Translations under genes and position numbers: made by a program | Notes under the pieces: model-generated | What the model saw: the letters and a program-made list of their open reading frames with translations, nothing else | What the model was told of the DNA's origin: nothing | Databases searched by the model: none | In this document: one piece after another, positions 45,919 to 56,917 of the stretch | Layout of the letters: each line of letters starts with the position of its first letter | Position numbering within the stretch: the first letter of the stretch is position 1 | Source: a bacterium | GTDB taxonomy: Bacteria > Zhuqueibacterota > Zhuqueibacteria > Oceanimicrobiales > Oceanimicrobiaceae | DNA: 63,328 bases | Reading direction: 5' to 3' | Assembly (NCBI GenBank): GCA_037446635.1 | Contig: JBBIIG010000022.1 | Span: 1 to 63,328, forward strand

Positions 45919-46614
45919 TCAATTTGATGAGCGCGCCGAATCGGGTTTCACGGAGGGGCCCACGTCTAAAACCAGATCATCGAACCAGCTCAGGGCGATC
46001 TCGCCGGTGTTGTCCGTGTCCACCATGATCGCCACGCCAATGATCATCTCCGGGGCCTGGCCAAAAACCTGCTGGTAGTCGGCAATCACATCCCGCTGTT
46101 CGTTCATCCATTTGCCCTTGTTGGCGTTGCCGCTTTGCAAAACAATCATGGCCACGCTTTCGGCGTAAGGGCTGCGATATATGCTTCCCGCATTTTCTTT
46201 TGATGCCCACACATAGCAAAGAGCTTTGGTTTTCCAACTCAGAAAATGGGGTTCGAAAACCACGAACACGCGGGCGGCGTAGTCATCGTACAGTTTATTT
46301 TTTTCCGTGTCCTTTAGTGAGAGGGTGTTGTCGATTTTCCAGCGCCAGGAGATCTTGCCGGTTTTGCCGGGGCGGATTTCCAACATGCGCCAGATCCCCG
46401 AAGCTGCTTGATGACTTTCGGCTTGCAGCACCTGATTATCATCCATCGCCACGACTTTAAATTGCGTCGGCCGCGGCGCCAGCTTGCGTTCCATCCAATG
46501 TTTTTCCCAACCTTCTTCGAAATCACCCAGTAATTTGACGCCGCTGTTTTGTGCCAGAAGCGGCGATGCGAAAAGGATGAAAGCAAACATCCAACTTGAT
46601 CTTATAATTTTCAT
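45919..46614 (-). CDS. DUF3047-family exported protein
   Basis: Signal peptide; SWRWKI, DDYAARVFV, YVWA, IMVDTDNTG. Confidence 0.85.
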   Translation of the reverse strand: MKIIRSSWMFAFILFASPLLAQNSGVKLLGDFEEGWEKHWMERKLAPRPTQFKVVAMDDNQVLQAESHQAASGIWRMLEIRPGKTGKISWRWKIDNTLSLKDTEKNKLYDDYAARVFVVFEPHFLSWKTKALCYVWASKENAGSIYRSPYAESVAMIVLQSGNANKGKWMNEQRDVIADYQQVFGQAPEMIIGVAIMVDTDNTGEIALSWFDDLVLDVGPSVKPDSARSSN

Positions 46615-46635
46615 CTGAATTCCTTTGTTTAAAAT

Positions 46636-47220
46636 TTATGGGTAGAGATAAGTGACGCGCCAGGTGTTATTTTCTTTCACGAACAGGGTTCGCTCGTGCA
46701 AACGATTTTCGCGGCCTTTCCAAAATTCAATGTGACTTGGCGCGAGACGGAACCCCGACCAGAATGGCGGCCGCGGCACGATTTTGCCGGCGTACTGTTT
46801 TTCCAATTCCAGAAAACGCGTCTCCAGTTCTTCTCGGCTGGTTAGCGCCGCACTTTGTTGCGAGGCCCAGGCGCCGATTTGGCTGCCGCGCGGCCGGGTG
46901 GCGAAATAGGCGTCGGCCTCTTCGTCCGCAACTTGAGAGAGCTTTCCTTCGATCCGCACCTGGTAGTGAATGGGCTGCCAGTAAAAACACAGCGCGCCGT
47001 AGGGATTGGTTTTTATTTCCTTCGCCTTGCGGCTTTCGAGGTTGGTGTAAAATACGAAGCCGCGCTCATCGAATCCTTTCAGCAGCACCACCCGTGCCGA
47101 GGGCTTGCCGTCCGGTGTGGCGGTGGCCAGTGTTGCCGCGGCGGACTCCGGAATGTTCGGGTCAACTATTTTCTGATAGAGGCTGGCGAATAATTCAATG
47201 GGGGCGGTTTCAGATTTCAT
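46636..47220 (-). CDS. pdxH: Pyridoxine/pyridoxamine 5'-phosphate oxidase
   Basis: PSARVVLLK, FYTN..SRK, QVRIEG, EFWKGRENRLHER. Confidence 0.95.
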   Translation of the reverse strand: MKSETAPIELFASLYQKIVDPNIPESAAATLATATPDGKPSARVVLLKGFDERGFVFYTNLESRKAKEIKTNPYGALCFYWQPIHYQVRIEGKLSQVADEEADAYFATRPRGSQIGAWASQQSAALTSREELETRFLELEKQYAGKIVPRPPFWSGFRLAPSHIEFWKGRENRLHERTLFVKENNTWRVTYLYP

Positions 47221-47251
47221 GAACTCAACGATTTTAAAAAATTGCGCTGCC

Positions 47252-47335
47252 AATATAATCATTCTGCTGTGGTTTTGCAAATTTTTTGTGGCGATGAAAA
47301 TTAAGTTTGACTTTGATGGTCATTGCGATTATTTT
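47252..47335. promoter_or_regulatory. Divergent sigma-70 promoters (pdxH and the coiled-coil gene)
   Basis: Minus: TTGCAA-17-TATATT (47280..47252); plus: TTGACT-17-TATTTT (47307..47335). Confidence 0.5.
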
Positions 47336-47383
47336 GCATTCATCAAAGATATCTATCCTGCCGCTAAATCAACTTGAGGAGAG

Positions 47384-47938
47384 GTGGAAGTGAATCAATC
47401 GAAAAATCAATACGCCACTAAAAAGGATCTCGCAGCAACCCGTCGGGAGTTGCTGGATAAGATTGAATCAATCAAGAAAGAGTTACTGAGCAAGCTCGCT
47501 TCTAAGGATGAGCTAAAGCTGGAGGTTGCCAAGCTCGCTTCTAAAGAAGAGCTAAAGCTGGAGGTTGCCAAGCTCGCTTCCAAAAAAGACCTTGCAAAGG
47601 TGATTAATCGTCTGGATAAAGTTGAGTACAACGTTGAGCTCCTGACCAATCAGGTGGCTATCAACACTCAGGATATCCAAGAGACACACAAGCGGCTTGA
47701 TAAGGTCGAGTATAACCTCGAGATTTTGGCCAATCAGGTGGCAAATAACACGGAAGAAATTAAAGAGACGCACAGAAAACTCGATATGCTTTTAAAGGCC
47801 ATGGATGGCGTGATGTCGGAAATTAATATAAGCAGAGCCGAACGAGCCGCGACCGATCATGCCTTGCGCCGACACGAGACCCGACTCGAGAATCACGAAA
47901 CACGCATTCAGTTTCTGGAAGACAAAAGGCAAATTTGA
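47384..47938 (+). CDS. Coiled-coil protein with internal tandem repeats
   Basis: GAGGAG RBS; 13-aa repeat LASKxELKLEVAK (39 bp) and 28-aa repeat RLDKVEYN... (84 bp). Confidence 0.75.
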   Translation: MEVNQSKNQYATKKDLAATRRELLDKIESIKKELLSKLASKDELKLEVAKLASKEELKLEVAKLASKKDLAKVINRLDKVEYNVELLTNQVAINTQDIQETHKRLDKVEYNLEILANQVANNTEEIKETHRKLDMLLKAMDGVMSEINISRAERAATDHALRRHETRLENHETRIQFLEDKRQI

Positions 47939-48019
47939 TTGCGAGGTTTTCTGGAATAACTACCTGCTTCTCGCCTTATCTAAGTTGTGCATAGTCCGTC
48001 TTCTCACCTTATTGATGTT

Positions 48020-48571
48020 ATGAATCATGATGAGCAACAGTTAATCCGTCAAATTCGTGATGGTCACGCCGCGGCGTTCGAAGCGATTTTCAAACGTTAT
48101 CACGCTGCGCTGCACCGTTTTGTCTGGCATCTCACGCGCTCGCCAGAAGCCGCCGACGATGTTCTGCAAACCCTTTTCTTGAAAATATGGCGCAATCGCC
48201 GCGACTGGCAGCCCAAAGGGTCGCTCTCCGCCTATCTTTTTCGCGCCGCCAAAAACGCCGCCCTAAACTATTTGCGACAACCTGGAGGCCCAGATGGACG
48301 CCCGCAGACCTTTGCGGATTCGGACGAAAGCTCGGTTTCACCAGAAAAAATTTACGATGATGAGGAAACCCTGCGGATTATTCGAGCCGCCGTGGACTCC
48401 CTCCCCGAAGGCTGCCGAACGGTCTTCATTCTCAGCCGCTACGAAAACAAAAAGTACAACGAAATCGCGGAGATTCTGGAGATTTCGGTGAAGACCGTGG
48501 AGAATCAAATGGGACGGGCGTTAAGATTGCTCAGGGATAAGTTGGTTCCGATCCTCGAAAATCAAAAATAA
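48020..48571 (+). CDS. ECF RNA polymerase sigma-70 factor
   Basis: AADDVLQTLFLKIW region 2; LPEGCRTVF...EIAEILEISVKTVENQM region 4. Confidence 0.93.
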   Translation: MNHDEQQLIRQIRDGHAAAFEAIFKRYHAALHRFVWHLTRSPEAADDVLQTLFLKIWRNRRDWQPKGSLSAYLFRAAKNAALNYLRQPGGPDGRPQTFADSDESSVSPEKIYDDEETLRIIRAAVDSLPEGCRTVFILSRYENKKYNEIAEILEISVKTVENQMGRALRLLRDKLVPILENQK

Positions 48572-48630
48572 CTTTTTAGTAGGGGAATTTATAAATCGCC
48601 GTGTTTTCCAAATGGAACCCAAAATCAAAT

Positions 48631-49611
48631 ATGTCAGAACAGAATGAATACTTGAACCGGGCGGCGCGCTGGCTTTCTGGTAATGCATCGAAAGAAGAGA
48701 GCCAATTTTTCTCTCAATCGAGTAGTGAAGAACTGCGCTCCTTCCAGGAAATCTGGAAATTGACGGGCAAATTGTCCGCGCCGGCGCCCTCCGCAAAACT
48801 CTGGCCGAAGCTGGCGGAGGAAATTGCTCAGGACAAAGCCTCGGCGCGCCGGTTTAATTTTCCCGAGAAGGCGCGACCCGATTTTTCAAAGGCGGTGTAT
48901 TGGCCGCTGCGGATGGCAGCCGCTTTGTTCATCATTCTACTCGCCGGCTGGTTCGTGAAAGAACGGTTTTTGGCAACGAACGTTGTTATCACCCAAAACG
49001 GCCTTCGTCAAACCGTCGAACTCCCGGATGGCTCACGAGTGGAAATGAACGCCGCCAGCCGGCTCCGTTACAGGAAAAACTTTTTGAAGAAGCGGGAGAT
49101 CGCGCTGGTGGGCGAAGCCTATTTTTCGGTGGAGCCCGGCGCTGCGCCGTTTTTCGTCGAAACGGAAAATTCGCGGGTTGCGGTTTTGGGCACCGAGTTC
49201 AATGTGCGCGCGCGTGACAACACCACTACGGTTGTGGTTGCAAAAGGCAGCGTGTCGTTCGCCGACATTCAGCGTCGTGATGTTAGGTTGCAGTCCGGCG
49301 AAATGAGCTGGGTGCAAACGGGCCAGCCGCCAACTCCGCCACAAGCTGCTAATCTCGATAGAGTGTTAGCGTGGCGCCAAGGGCGGCTCGAATTCCAGCG
49401 CACACCACTGAACCTGGTGATGGCAGAAATAGAACGGCAGTTTGATGTGAACATCCAACTGGCCCATCCCGATTCAACCGGCTTAACTTTGACCGCTGCC
49501 TTTGAAATCACTCAACCCATCACGGAGGTGCTGACCGCGATTTGTTTGACTTTCAACTGGGAATTTTATCAGGCCAAAAATGTCTATATAATTGACAACC
49601 GACAGAATTAA
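48631..49611 (+). CDS. FecR-family anti-sigma factor
   Basis: Single TM; LPDGSRVEMNA, GEAYF, VLGTEFNV, AWRQG.L.F. Confidence 0.92.
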   Translation: MSEQNEYLNRAARWLSGNASKEESQFFSQSSSEELRSFQEIWKLTGKLSAPAPSAKLWPKLAEEIAQDKASARRFNFPEKARPDFSKAVYWPLRMAAALFIILLAGWFVKERFLATNVVITQNGLRQTVELPDGSRVEMNAASRLRYRKNFLKKREIALVGEAYFSVEPGAAPFFVETENSRVAVLGTEFNVRARDNTTTVVVAKGSVSFADIQRRDVRLQSGEMSWVQTGQPPTPPQAANLDRVLAWRQGRLEFQRTPLNLVMAEIERQFDVNIQLAHPDSTGLTLTAAFEITQPITEVLTAICLTFNWEFYQAKNVYIIDNRQN

Positions 49612-49612
49612 A

Positions 49613-52336
49613 ATGAGGCTCGCTGGATCGATCCTACTCGCTTCCGCGATTCTATCAGCGGTAGAAATACGCGCGCAATCGCTGCCAGATTCTTCCACCA
49701 CCGCAGCGACCATTCCGCCGCTCGAGCGCAAAATCAGCGTGCACTTCGACCGTCTGCCGCTGCGGGACGCCCTTTCCGAAATCGCCCGCCAATCACAGGT
49801 GACGTTTGTTTACAGCGACGAACTGCTCAAATCGGATTACCGAATTTCAACCAGACAGGAGAACCGAATTCCTCCCGAAATCTTGGAAGAAATTTTAGAC
49901 GACTTACCCATCGGTTTTGTGGCGCAATCAAAATCGCAAATTGTGTTGACCCCTAAATCTATCCTCCAGGAAAAATATGGCGCGGTTCAAGGTCAGGTGG
50001 TGGATGCCAGCACGGGCGAGGCGCTGGCCGGCGCGAATGTCGAAGTGCTGGGCAGGACGTTCGGCGCGGCATCCAATTTGGGGGGATTTTTTAATTTGAA
50101 GCTGCCGGCGGGCGCATACGATCTGCGCGTCTCGGTCATTGGATTTGAATCGGTCACACGGCGGCAGGTTCAGGTGACCGCCGGTAAGAAAACCTATCTG
50201 ACCTTCCGGCTGCGGCCGACGGTACTGCAAATGCAAGAGGTGCACGTAACCTCTCCCCGCAACAACGTGCCGGATCACATGGCGATCGAGCCGAGCGTGA
50301 TCACGGTGCGGCGCTCGCAATTTACCGCTACGCCCACCGTGGGCGAGCCGGACGTCTTTCGTACTTTGCAAAACCTGCCGGGGGTGAGCGCGCCCAACGA
50401 TTATTCCGGCGAGTTATTTATTCGCGGCGGCAATTCCGATCAAAATCTCATTATGCTGGACGGCGCCGTGGTGTACAATCCCTATCATTTACTGGGACTT
50501 GCCGGCGCTTTCAACCCGGATATCGTCGAGCAGGTGAATCTCTCCCTCGGCGGATTTTCGGCGCGCTACGGCGATCGCCTCAGCTCGGTCATTGACGTGC
50601 AGACTCGTTCCAGCAACGGCGGCGAAACCGGTGGGTTCGGAAATTTTAGTTTGATGAGCTCGAAGCTCACCGTGCTGGGCCGTCTGCATCCGAAACTCAA
50701 TTGGATAATCAGCGGCCGGCGCACCTATCACGACGTGGCCGCGCGCTTGTTTGTGGGCAAGCAAGTGCCGTACTACTTTTATGACTTTTATGGAAAGCTT
50801 ATTTTTACTCCCGACAAAAATAATCTCCTCTATTTCAGCAGCTTCTACTCCCGAGATCAATTTCATCACAGTGATGAAAGCCGCCACCCCAATGTTGAAG
50901 ACTGGGACAAATATCCGACTGATTCCCCTCTCATTCCGGCAGACGAAGGCTACACATATCAGCAAAATGAGTTTTTTTTCTGGGACAACCTGGTGCTCAG
51001 CGCCCACTGGCTGCACGAATTTGGAGAGCATGGACAATTCGAACTGCAGCTTTCCCAAAGCCAGGCGCCATCGGATTTGGGGTTTGAAGATGTTTTCAAA
51101 GCCGCGCGCAACGCCTCGGAACGAACCCAAGAGTACGTTGCCCTGGAGAACGCGATAGCGCGCGAGACAAACAATCTCGAAATCGACAACGGCATTTTGG
51201 ATCGCACCCTGAAACTCGACGGGGTGCACTCGTTGACGCGCAACCACAAACTGAGTTTTGGCGGCGGCGTGAGCTTCATCCGTCTAAAATACTACTGGGA
51301 GAATTTGTTGAATGAATTCGATCAAACCGAGTTAGCGGTGTTTTTTGACACCGCTCCGGAAAATATCGATTATCTAAGAAATTTGCGGCGGGTCTTTTTT
51401 TACGCGGAAGATTCCTGGAACGTCAGCCGCAGCGTGACCATTCGACCCGGTTTGCGCATCGAAAAAAGAAATTTCAACCGCAATTGGGCCATTGAGCCGC
51501 GCTTGAATGTGAGTTGCGAAGCGAGCCCCGCCCTGACCTTCAAAGCCGCATACGGGCTTTTTCATCAGGGACTGGGAACATCGCTGGAGAAAGGGTACCT
51601 GCAATTCTTGCCGCTGCCGTTTCCCAGCGAAAACGATGCGCCGCTGGAAAAGTCGCACCATTTCATCGCTGGCTGGCACTGGCGCGGGCACAAATGGGAA
51701 GTTACAGCCGAGGGCTATTATAAAACTCTCAGCGGGTTGCTCAAAACCACCAACGGTACCCCGGAGTTCACTCGCGGCACGGGGCGCGCGTATGGAGCAG
51801 AGGTCGGGCTGCGTCGGCTCGGCGACCGTTTTAATTTCGAAATCAATTACGCGCTTTCTTATGCCAAGAGAAACTTCGATGGCGTGGAATACTTTGCTTC
51901 ATTTGATCAGCGGCACAATTTCAGCGCCCTCGGCCAATATCATTTGGGGAAGAACTGGGCGTTCAATTTTCGTTGGGTGGTGGCCACAGGCCGGCCGTTC
52001 ACGCCGGACGAAGTGGTTTTTCCAGAGCGGATTTTTGATCCCACGACAGGAGAATGGAGGGTTGGTTATGATGATAACTCGGAAACGATTCCTGAACACG
52101 AGGTTAAGAATCGCGCTCGCTACCCGCTTTATCATCGTTTGGACATCAGCTTAATCAAACGCATCCAAAAACGGGGCTGGGCGCTGCTGCCGTATATTCA
52201 AATTCTTAATACCTATTTTCGATGGAATCCCTTCTACTATATTTTTGATGTAGATTACAACGACGGAACCTACAAGCTGCGAAGTGTTCCCATGATGCCG
52301 CTGGTGCCAACCTTCGGAGTGAGTGTGGAGTTTTGA
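49613..52336 (+). CDS. TonB-dependent receptor with STN signalling and carboxypeptidase-regulatory-like domains
   Basis: STN-like N-domain, GQVVDASTGEALAGANV, IRGG..DQN..LDG plug, terminal Phe. Confidence 0.92.
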   Translation: MRLAGSILLASAILSAVEIRAQSLPDSSTTAATIPPLERKISVHFDRLPLRDALSEIARQSQVTFVYSDELLKSDYRISTRQENRIPPEILEEILDDLPIGFVAQSKSQIVLTPKSILQEKYGAVQGQVVDASTGEALAGANVEVLGRTFGAASNLGGFFNLKLPAGAYDLRVSVIGFESVTRRQVQVTAGKKTYLTFRLRPTVLQMQEVHVTSPRNNVPDHMAIEPSVITVRRSQFTATPTVGEPDVFRTLQNLPGVSAPNDYSGELFIRGGNSDQNLIMLDGAVVYNPYHLLGLAGAFNPDIVEQVNLSLGGFSARYGDRLSSVIDVQTRSSNGGETGGFGNFSLMSSKLTVLGRLHPKLNWIISGRRTYHDVAARLFVGKQVPYYFYDFYGKLIFTPDKNNLLYFSSFYSRDQFHHSDESRHPNVEDWDKYPTDSPLIPADEGYTYQQNEFFFWDNLVLSAHWLHEFGEHGQFELQLSQSQAPSDLGFEDVFKAARNASERTQEYVALENAIARETNNLEIDNGILDRTLKLDGVHSLTRNHKLSFGGGVSFIRLKYYWENLLNEFDQTELAVFFDTAPENIDYLRNLRRVFFYAEDSWNVSRSVTIRPGLRIEKRNFNRNWAIEPRLNVSCEASPALTFKAAYGLFHQGLGTSLEKGYLQFLPLPFPSENDAPLEKSHHFIAGWHWRGHKWEVTAEGYYKTLSGLLKTTNGTPEFTRGTGRAYGAEVGLRRLGDRFNFEINYALSYAKRNFDGVEYFASFDQRHNFSALGQYHLGKNWAFNFRWVVATGRPFTPDEVVFPERIFDPTTGEWRVGYDDNSETIPEHEVKNRARYPLYHRLDISLIKRIQKRGWALLPYIQILNTYFRWNPFYYIFDVDYNDGTYKLRSVPMMPLVPTFGVSVEF

Positions 52337-52365
52337 TTCGATAAATTATGAAAGTGAGGTGAAAC

Positions 52366-53658
52366 ATGTCTCGACTAATGGCTCGATGCATTCTGCTTTT
52401 TGTTTTTCCGGGGGTCGCGATGTTGAATGCTCAGAATTTGAATCAGTTGTCTTTCATCCCATATGCCGGCGTTGCTTTCGGAGTGAAGGCGCAAGGAAAC
52501 CACCTCTATTTTGTGGATTGGCGGGGTTCCTCCTCTTTTTTCAAAAGCGTGGATGTTTCCGATCCCACCAAACCCATCGTGTTGGATTCTCTGGTGATGA
52601 CCGGTTTTGCCGTGGATTTCGATCTTAACGGTCAATATGCGTATCTCGCGATGGCGGACAATGAACAAGGGCTGCGCATTTTGAATATCTCCAATCCGGC
52701 GGATATTCAAGAAATCGTTTTCATTGAATTGGGTGAGATGTTTGGCGCGTTTTTTAAAAATGATACCTTGTACACAGCGGCCGGCGGCCTCGCGGTGTTT
52801 AACGCCTCTCAGCCGGACACTCTGAAATTTCTCTGGTTCTACAACACCAACGACACCGGCGATGGCATCGATGTATTTGTCCGAGGACGCTATTCCTATC
52901 TTAGCGTTCACCATGGCGGTCTTTTTATTATTGACAATGTAACGCGGGACTTAGTTGGAACGTTGGCCGCTCCCGATATTCGCGAGGTGTTGGCGGTAAA
53001 CGACGATTTACTTTTCTTCACCGATGAGACGCAGGGATTGGCCGCCGTGGCGATACGTGATCCACATAATCCTATTTTGCTCGACACCATAAGCGGAGAC
53101 GGAGTATTTGCGTTTGGCGTCGAAGCGGCGGGAAATTTTGCTTATTTTTGTAATGGCCCGAATGGTTTGAAAGTTGTGGATTTTTCCCAGTCAGCGGACC
53201 TCATACTGAAAGATTCGTTTGCCCCGCAGGGCATATTTGCCATTCATGCCGTGTTAAAGGATTCGCTGATTTTTTTAACCAGCGGCGACTATGACGAGAC
53301 TGGAAATTTTGTGAACGGAGTGTACATACTCAAAAATGATTTCGTTACCTCGACGCGCGAACCGGGTTCTTTGAGGCCCGTTTCGTTTATTCTCGAACAA
53401 AATTTCCCGAATCCGTTTAATCCCGACACCATCATTCCTTACAGCTTGCCGTTGAGCGGCGATGTTCGACTGGATATTTATAATTTGTTGGGGCAGAAAA
53501 TCAGAACGCTGGTGGCGTCCAATCAACCCGCCGGTTCGTATGCGGCGCGCTGGGATGGCGAAGACGATTCTGGAAAGTTGGCCGCCGCCGGCGTATACGT
53601 TTACAAATTGACTTTTCGTGATCAGGTGCAAACCAAAAAGATGATGTTAGTGAGATAA
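52366..53658 (+). CDS. Secreted LVIVD-repeat beta-propeller protein with FlgD/T9SS-type C-terminal sorting domain
   Basis: Repeats such as YAYLA..GLRILNISNP and GLKVVDFS; tail LEQNFPNPFNP...IYNLLGQKIRTL...WDG...GVY...KKMMLVR. Confidence 0.88.
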   Translation: MSRLMARCILLFVFPGVAMLNAQNLNQLSFIPYAGVAFGVKAQGNHLYFVDWRGSSSFFKSVDVSDPTKPIVLDSLVMTGFAVDFDLNGQYAYLAMADNEQGLRILNISNPADIQEIVFIELGEMFGAFFKNDTLYTAAGGLAVFNASQPDTLKFLWFYNTNDTGDGIDVFVRGRYSYLSVHHGGLFIIDNVTRDLVGTLAAPDIREVLAVNDDLLFFTDETQGLAAVAIRDPHNPILLDTISGDGVFAFGVEAAGNFAYFCNGPNGLKVVDFSQSADLILKDSFAPQGIFAIHAVLKDSLIFLTSGDYDETGNFVNGVYILKNDFVTSTREPGSLRPVSFILEQNFPNPFNPDTIIPYSLPLSGDVRLDIYNLLGQKIRTLVASNQPAGSYAARWDGEDDSGKLAAAGVYVYKLTFRDQVQTKKMMLVR

Positions 53659-53665
53659 GGTCAAG

Positions 53666-53693
53666 TGATCGATAAACGATGATCGATGATTGA
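53666..53693. repeat. Left arm: four period-7 units (TGATCGA family)
   Basis: tgatcga taaacga tgatcga tgattga. Confidence 0.85.
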
Positions 53694-53700
53694 AGTAAAC

Positions 53701-54057
53701 ATGAATCCGGAAGAACTGAAAAAGAGGACGAAGGAGTTTGCTCATCGATGTGTGAAGTTGGCGCTGGCGCTTCCGGAGACAAAACTTGGAAGACACATCG
53801 AAGGGCAATTGATTAGGTGCTCGACTTCGGTACCTGCTAATTACCGTGCTGCAAATTTGGCTCAGACAAAAGCAGCGTTCATTTCCAAAATCAGCATCGT
53901 TATCGAAGAAGCTGATGAATCTGCATTTTGGCTGGAGTTTATTATTGACGAGCAACTTCTGAAAAAAGAATTAGTGCTGCCGTTATTCAACGAAGCCAAT
54001 GAATTGGAGGCAATTTTTATTTCATCTCGCAAAACCGAACAGCCGAAAGTAACTTAA
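53701..54057 (+). CDS. Four helix bundle protein (23S rRNA IVS protein family)
   Basis: ELKKRTKEFA, QLIRCSTSVPANYRAA, FISKISIVIEEADES.FWLE; start at 53701 (alternative 53686). Confidence 0.93.
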   Translation: MNPEELKKRTKEFAHRCVKLALALPETKLGRHIEGQLIRCSTSVPANYRAANLAQTKAAFISKISIVIEEADESAFWLEFIIDEQLLKKELVLPLFNEANELEAIFISSRKTEQPKVT

Positions 54058-54098
54058 AAATTAAAACTTAGAATAAAAACAATTATGAAAGGGCATTA

Positions 54099-55595
<1,497 letters not shown>

Positions 55596-55649
55596 ATCGA
55601 CTGGCGAGTAAAATGCCGGTGGACTGGCGAGGCAATTGTTTGATAAAAT

Positions 55650-55687
55650 AAAAAAGGCCGAGCGCCCTAATGATGCGCCGGCCTTTT
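55650..55687. terminator. Bidirectional Rho-independent terminator between gnd and the tRNA pair
   Basis: aaaaaaggccg...cggcctttt. Confidence 0.72.
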
Positions 55688-55688
55688 G

Positions 55689-55761
55689 CGTCCCCTAGGG
55701 GAGTCGAACCCCTGTTGCGGGAATGAAAGTCCCGAGTCCTAGGCCACTAGACGAAGGGGAC
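55689..55761 (-). tRNA. tRNA-Glu (TTC)
   Basis: Reverse complement folds as a cloverleaf: GTCCCCT acceptor stem, CTTTCAT anticodon loop, GTTCGAC T-loop; CCA not encoded. Confidence 0.95.
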
Positions 55762-55776
55762 AACATTTTTAAGGTC

Positions 55777-55854
55777 TGGGGTGAGCGAGGGGACTTGAAC
55801 CCCCAGCCCCCAGATCCACAGTCTGGTGCTCTCACCAATTGAGCTACGCTCACC
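55777..55854 (-). tRNA. tRNA-His (GTG)
   Basis: G-1 plus GTGAGCG acceptor stem, CTGTGGA anticodon loop, GTTCAAG T-loop, encoded CCA. Confidence 0.96.
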
Positions 55855-55941
55855 AAAAAAACACGGTTTAATTTAAGATAATTTGTTTAAGATGCAAGTT
55901 ATTTTTCGGGCAAGGCGGGGGTGAATTTTGGAAGGCCCGCG

Positions 55942-56325
55942 TTAGGAGTCCAGATCGAGTCCGGAAAGATTATCTCGCACTAAAACCAAAATGGCGGAGT
56001 GGGGCACCACGACGTACTTTCTTCCTTCGAATTCAATCTCGATGGCGGAGTTGCTGAGGAAAAGAGCGTAGTCGCCGGCTTGAGCTTGCAGGGGCATATA
56101 TTTGATGTCGGGTTTCGATTTTGCGAACCACGGCTCATCGTTGATTGAGGTCGGATCGGGCAAGGGGTAGCCGGGGCCAACCCGGATGACATAACCGCCG
56201 CGAACTTTTTCCTTTTCTTTGACGCCCGGCGGCAGGTACAGTCCAAATTCCGTGCGAGCCTGTTCTTTGTCTAGTGAAATCAAAACGCGGTCGCCGACTA
56301 AAATGAGTTCGTTTCTGCTTTTCAT
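55942..56325 (-). CDS. Co-chaperonin GroES-family protein (stand-alone, extended)
   Basis: VGDRVLI, GLYLP, GYVIRVGPG, AGDYALF, EIEFEG.KY. Confidence 0.85.
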   Translation of the reverse strand: MKSRNELILVGDRVLISLDKEQARTEFGLYLPPGVKEKEKVRGGYVIRVGPGYPLPDPTSINDEPWFAKSKPDIKYMPLQAQAGDYALFLSNSAIEIEFEGRKYVVVPHSAILVLVRDNLSGLDLDS

Positions 56326-56340
56326 ATTTTTCTTGCGCTT

Positions 56341-56808
56341 CTAAAATTTGCCGCGCATTTTTTGGATGGCTTCAGCAATTTCGCTAACTGGCAGAGCGTG
56401 TTTGGCACAGCGGCAGAGATTTCCCGATAAGGCGTCGATGATTTCTTCGGCGGTGGGGTTGCTGATGACGTCCAGCAACGCCTTGATGGACATCATAAAT
56501 CCCGGCAAGCAATACTCACACTCGAGGTCGCCGTAATGCATAAAGACTTCTCTTAGAGGCGCGAATTCCTTTGCCGATTGGATGTTTTCAAAGGTTTCAA
56601 CGGATTTGCCATCGGCCTGGACGGCCAGCATCAAACATGAGTAAACGGCCTGGCCATCGACGATGACCGTACAGTTGCCGCAGTCGCCGGTTTCGCAGCC
56701 CTGTTTTACGCTCCAGCACCCCAGGGAATGCAACAGCTCAATGAGGGTGCGGTTGGCGGGCACATCGATGCTCTTGGGTTTGTTATTTATGGAGAACGAG
56801 ATCTTCAT
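56341..56808 (-). CDS. (2Fe-2S)-binding small subunit, CoxS/XdhC-like
   Basis: KQGCETGDCGNCTV...SCL and CEYC...GNLCRC. Confidence 0.88.
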   Translation of the reverse strand: MKISFSINNKPKSIDVPANRTLIELLHSLGCWSVKQGCETGDCGNCTVIVDGQAVYSCLMLAVQADGKSVETFENIQSAKEFAPLREVFMHYGDLECEYCLPGFMMSIKALLDVISNPTAEEIIDALSGNLCRCAKHALPVSEIAEAIQKMRGKF

Positions 56809-56917
56809 TTATAGCCTGAATTAATTCACCGCAGAGAGCGCTGCGAACGCAGAGAGGCCTTCTCTGTATTCCATGAAAAACAATCTGCATTTCTTTGTGG
56901 TTTATAAATCGTTAACA

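Noticed and set aside
53701..54057. Diversity-generating retroelement (Avd-like gene) or rRNA intervening sequence
   Set aside because: No reverse transcriptase, template/variable repeat pair or rRNA sequence is present in the window.
55600..55631. 10-bp direct repeat gactggcgag after gnd
   Set aside because: Only two short copies with no other support; could be chance.
55689..55942. Integrative element at the tRNA genes
   Set aside because: No integrase is present and no duplicated tRNA 3' end was seen.
55942..56325. GroES without GroEL as a novel system
   Set aside because: Stand-alone extended GroES paralogs are, to my knowledge, common in FCB-group genomes; groEL probably lies elsewhere.
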